Shown piece after piece: positions 63,001 to 64,000 of a stretch of DNA of 64,000 bases. Every line of letters starts with the position of its first letter. Positions within the stretch are counted from its first letter, which is position 1. The position numbers and the translations under genes were made by a program. Under the pieces are notes generated by a model. It had not been told where the DNA came from and made no database searches. It saw only the letters and a list, made by a program, of their open reading frames with translations. This DNA is from the human T2T-CHM13v2.0 reference genome, Homo sapiens. The stretch lies in NCBI RefSeq assembly GCF_009914755.1, contig NC_060938.1, one strand, 5' to 3'.

Positions 63001-64000
63001 GAAAAGATAGATTCAACTCTGTGAGTTTAATGCACATATCACAAAGTGGTTTCTCAGAATGCTTCTGTGTAGTTTTTATGTGAAGATATTTCCTTTTTCA
63101 CAATAGGCCACATCGGCTCCAAATATACACTTGCAGATTCTATAAAAAGAGTGTTTCAAAACTGCCCAATCATAAGATAGGTTCAATAATGTGAGATGAA
63201 AGCACACATCACAAAGAAGTTTCTCAGAATGCTTCTGTGTAGTTTTTATTTAAAGATATTTCCTTTTCCACCATAGGCTTCAAAGTGGTCCAAACAGTCA
63301 CTTGTAGATACAACAAAAAGAGTGTTTCCAAACTGCTAAATCAAAAGAAAGGTTCAACTCTGTGAGATGAAGGCACACATGACATAGAAGTTCCTCAGAA
63401 ATCTTTTTTGTAGTTTTTATGTGAAGGTATTTCCTTTTCCACCATAGGCTGAAAATGGCTCCAAATAACCTCTTGTAGATTCTACCAAAAGAGAGATTCA
63501 AAACTGCTCAATCAAAAGAAAGTTTCAACTCTGTGAGTTTAATGCACACTTAACAAAGGTGTTTCTCAGAATACTTCTGTGTAGTTTTTATGTGAAGATA
63601 TTTCCATTTCCACCATAGGCCTGAAAGCTCTCCATATATCCACTTGCAGATTCTACAAACAGAAAGATTCAAAACTGCTGAATGAAAAGAAAGGTTCAAC
63701 ATTGTGAGATGAATGCACACATCGCACAGAAGTTTCTCAGAATGATTCTATGCAGTTTTTATGTAAAGATATTTCCTTTTCCACAATAGGAATCTAAGCG
63801 CTCCAAATATCAACTTGCAGATTCTACATAAAGAGTTTTTCAAAACTGCTCAATCAAAAGAAAGGTTCAACTCTGTGAGATGAATGCACACATCACAAAG
63901 AGGTTTCTCGGAATGCTTCTGTGTAGATTTCATTTGAAGATATTTTCTTTTCAACAATAGGCCTCAAAGCACTCCAACTATCCGCTTGCAGATTATACAG
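57061..64000 (-). repeat. Monomeric alpha satellite, 'ctgtgtag' layer (continued to window end)
   Basis: Seen: same diagnostic variants as 38801-50877; resumes in register after the L1 TSD. Confidence 0.95.

Overview
This is primate (human or great-ape type) pericentromeric heterochromatin. About 55 kb is divergent, monomeric, A-type alpha satellite (~171/172-bp monomers carrying pJalpha-type boxes; I found no complete CENP-B box). It is interrupted by four LINE-1 insertions: a 5'-inverted and probably secondarily deleted L1PA3-like copy (13873-15454), a 5'-truncated L1PA3-like copy (32263-33132), a short young L1HS/L1PA2-like 'ACG' copy (34770-35182), and a full-length (~6.17 kb) dead L1PA3/PA4-like copy (50878-57048). 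The satellite switches strand abruptly at ~17662 and is stratified into at least four monomer layers that differ in diagnostic bases. It also contains many relic 1-, 2-, 6-, 8-, 9-, 13-, 15- and ~32-monomer duplications. There are no intact genes: every ORF in the track is either chance reading of satellite or an L1 fragment. I did not find evidence for a new protein-coding or RNA system. The most notable items are structural or evolutionary: the inversion with mirrored layering, a layer boundary coinciding with a broken L1, fossil higher-order repeats, and an L1 ORF0 frame that runs out of the element into the satellite. All alignments were done by eye. Subfamily and suprachromosomal family (SF) assignments are from recalled consensus features and need confirmation.
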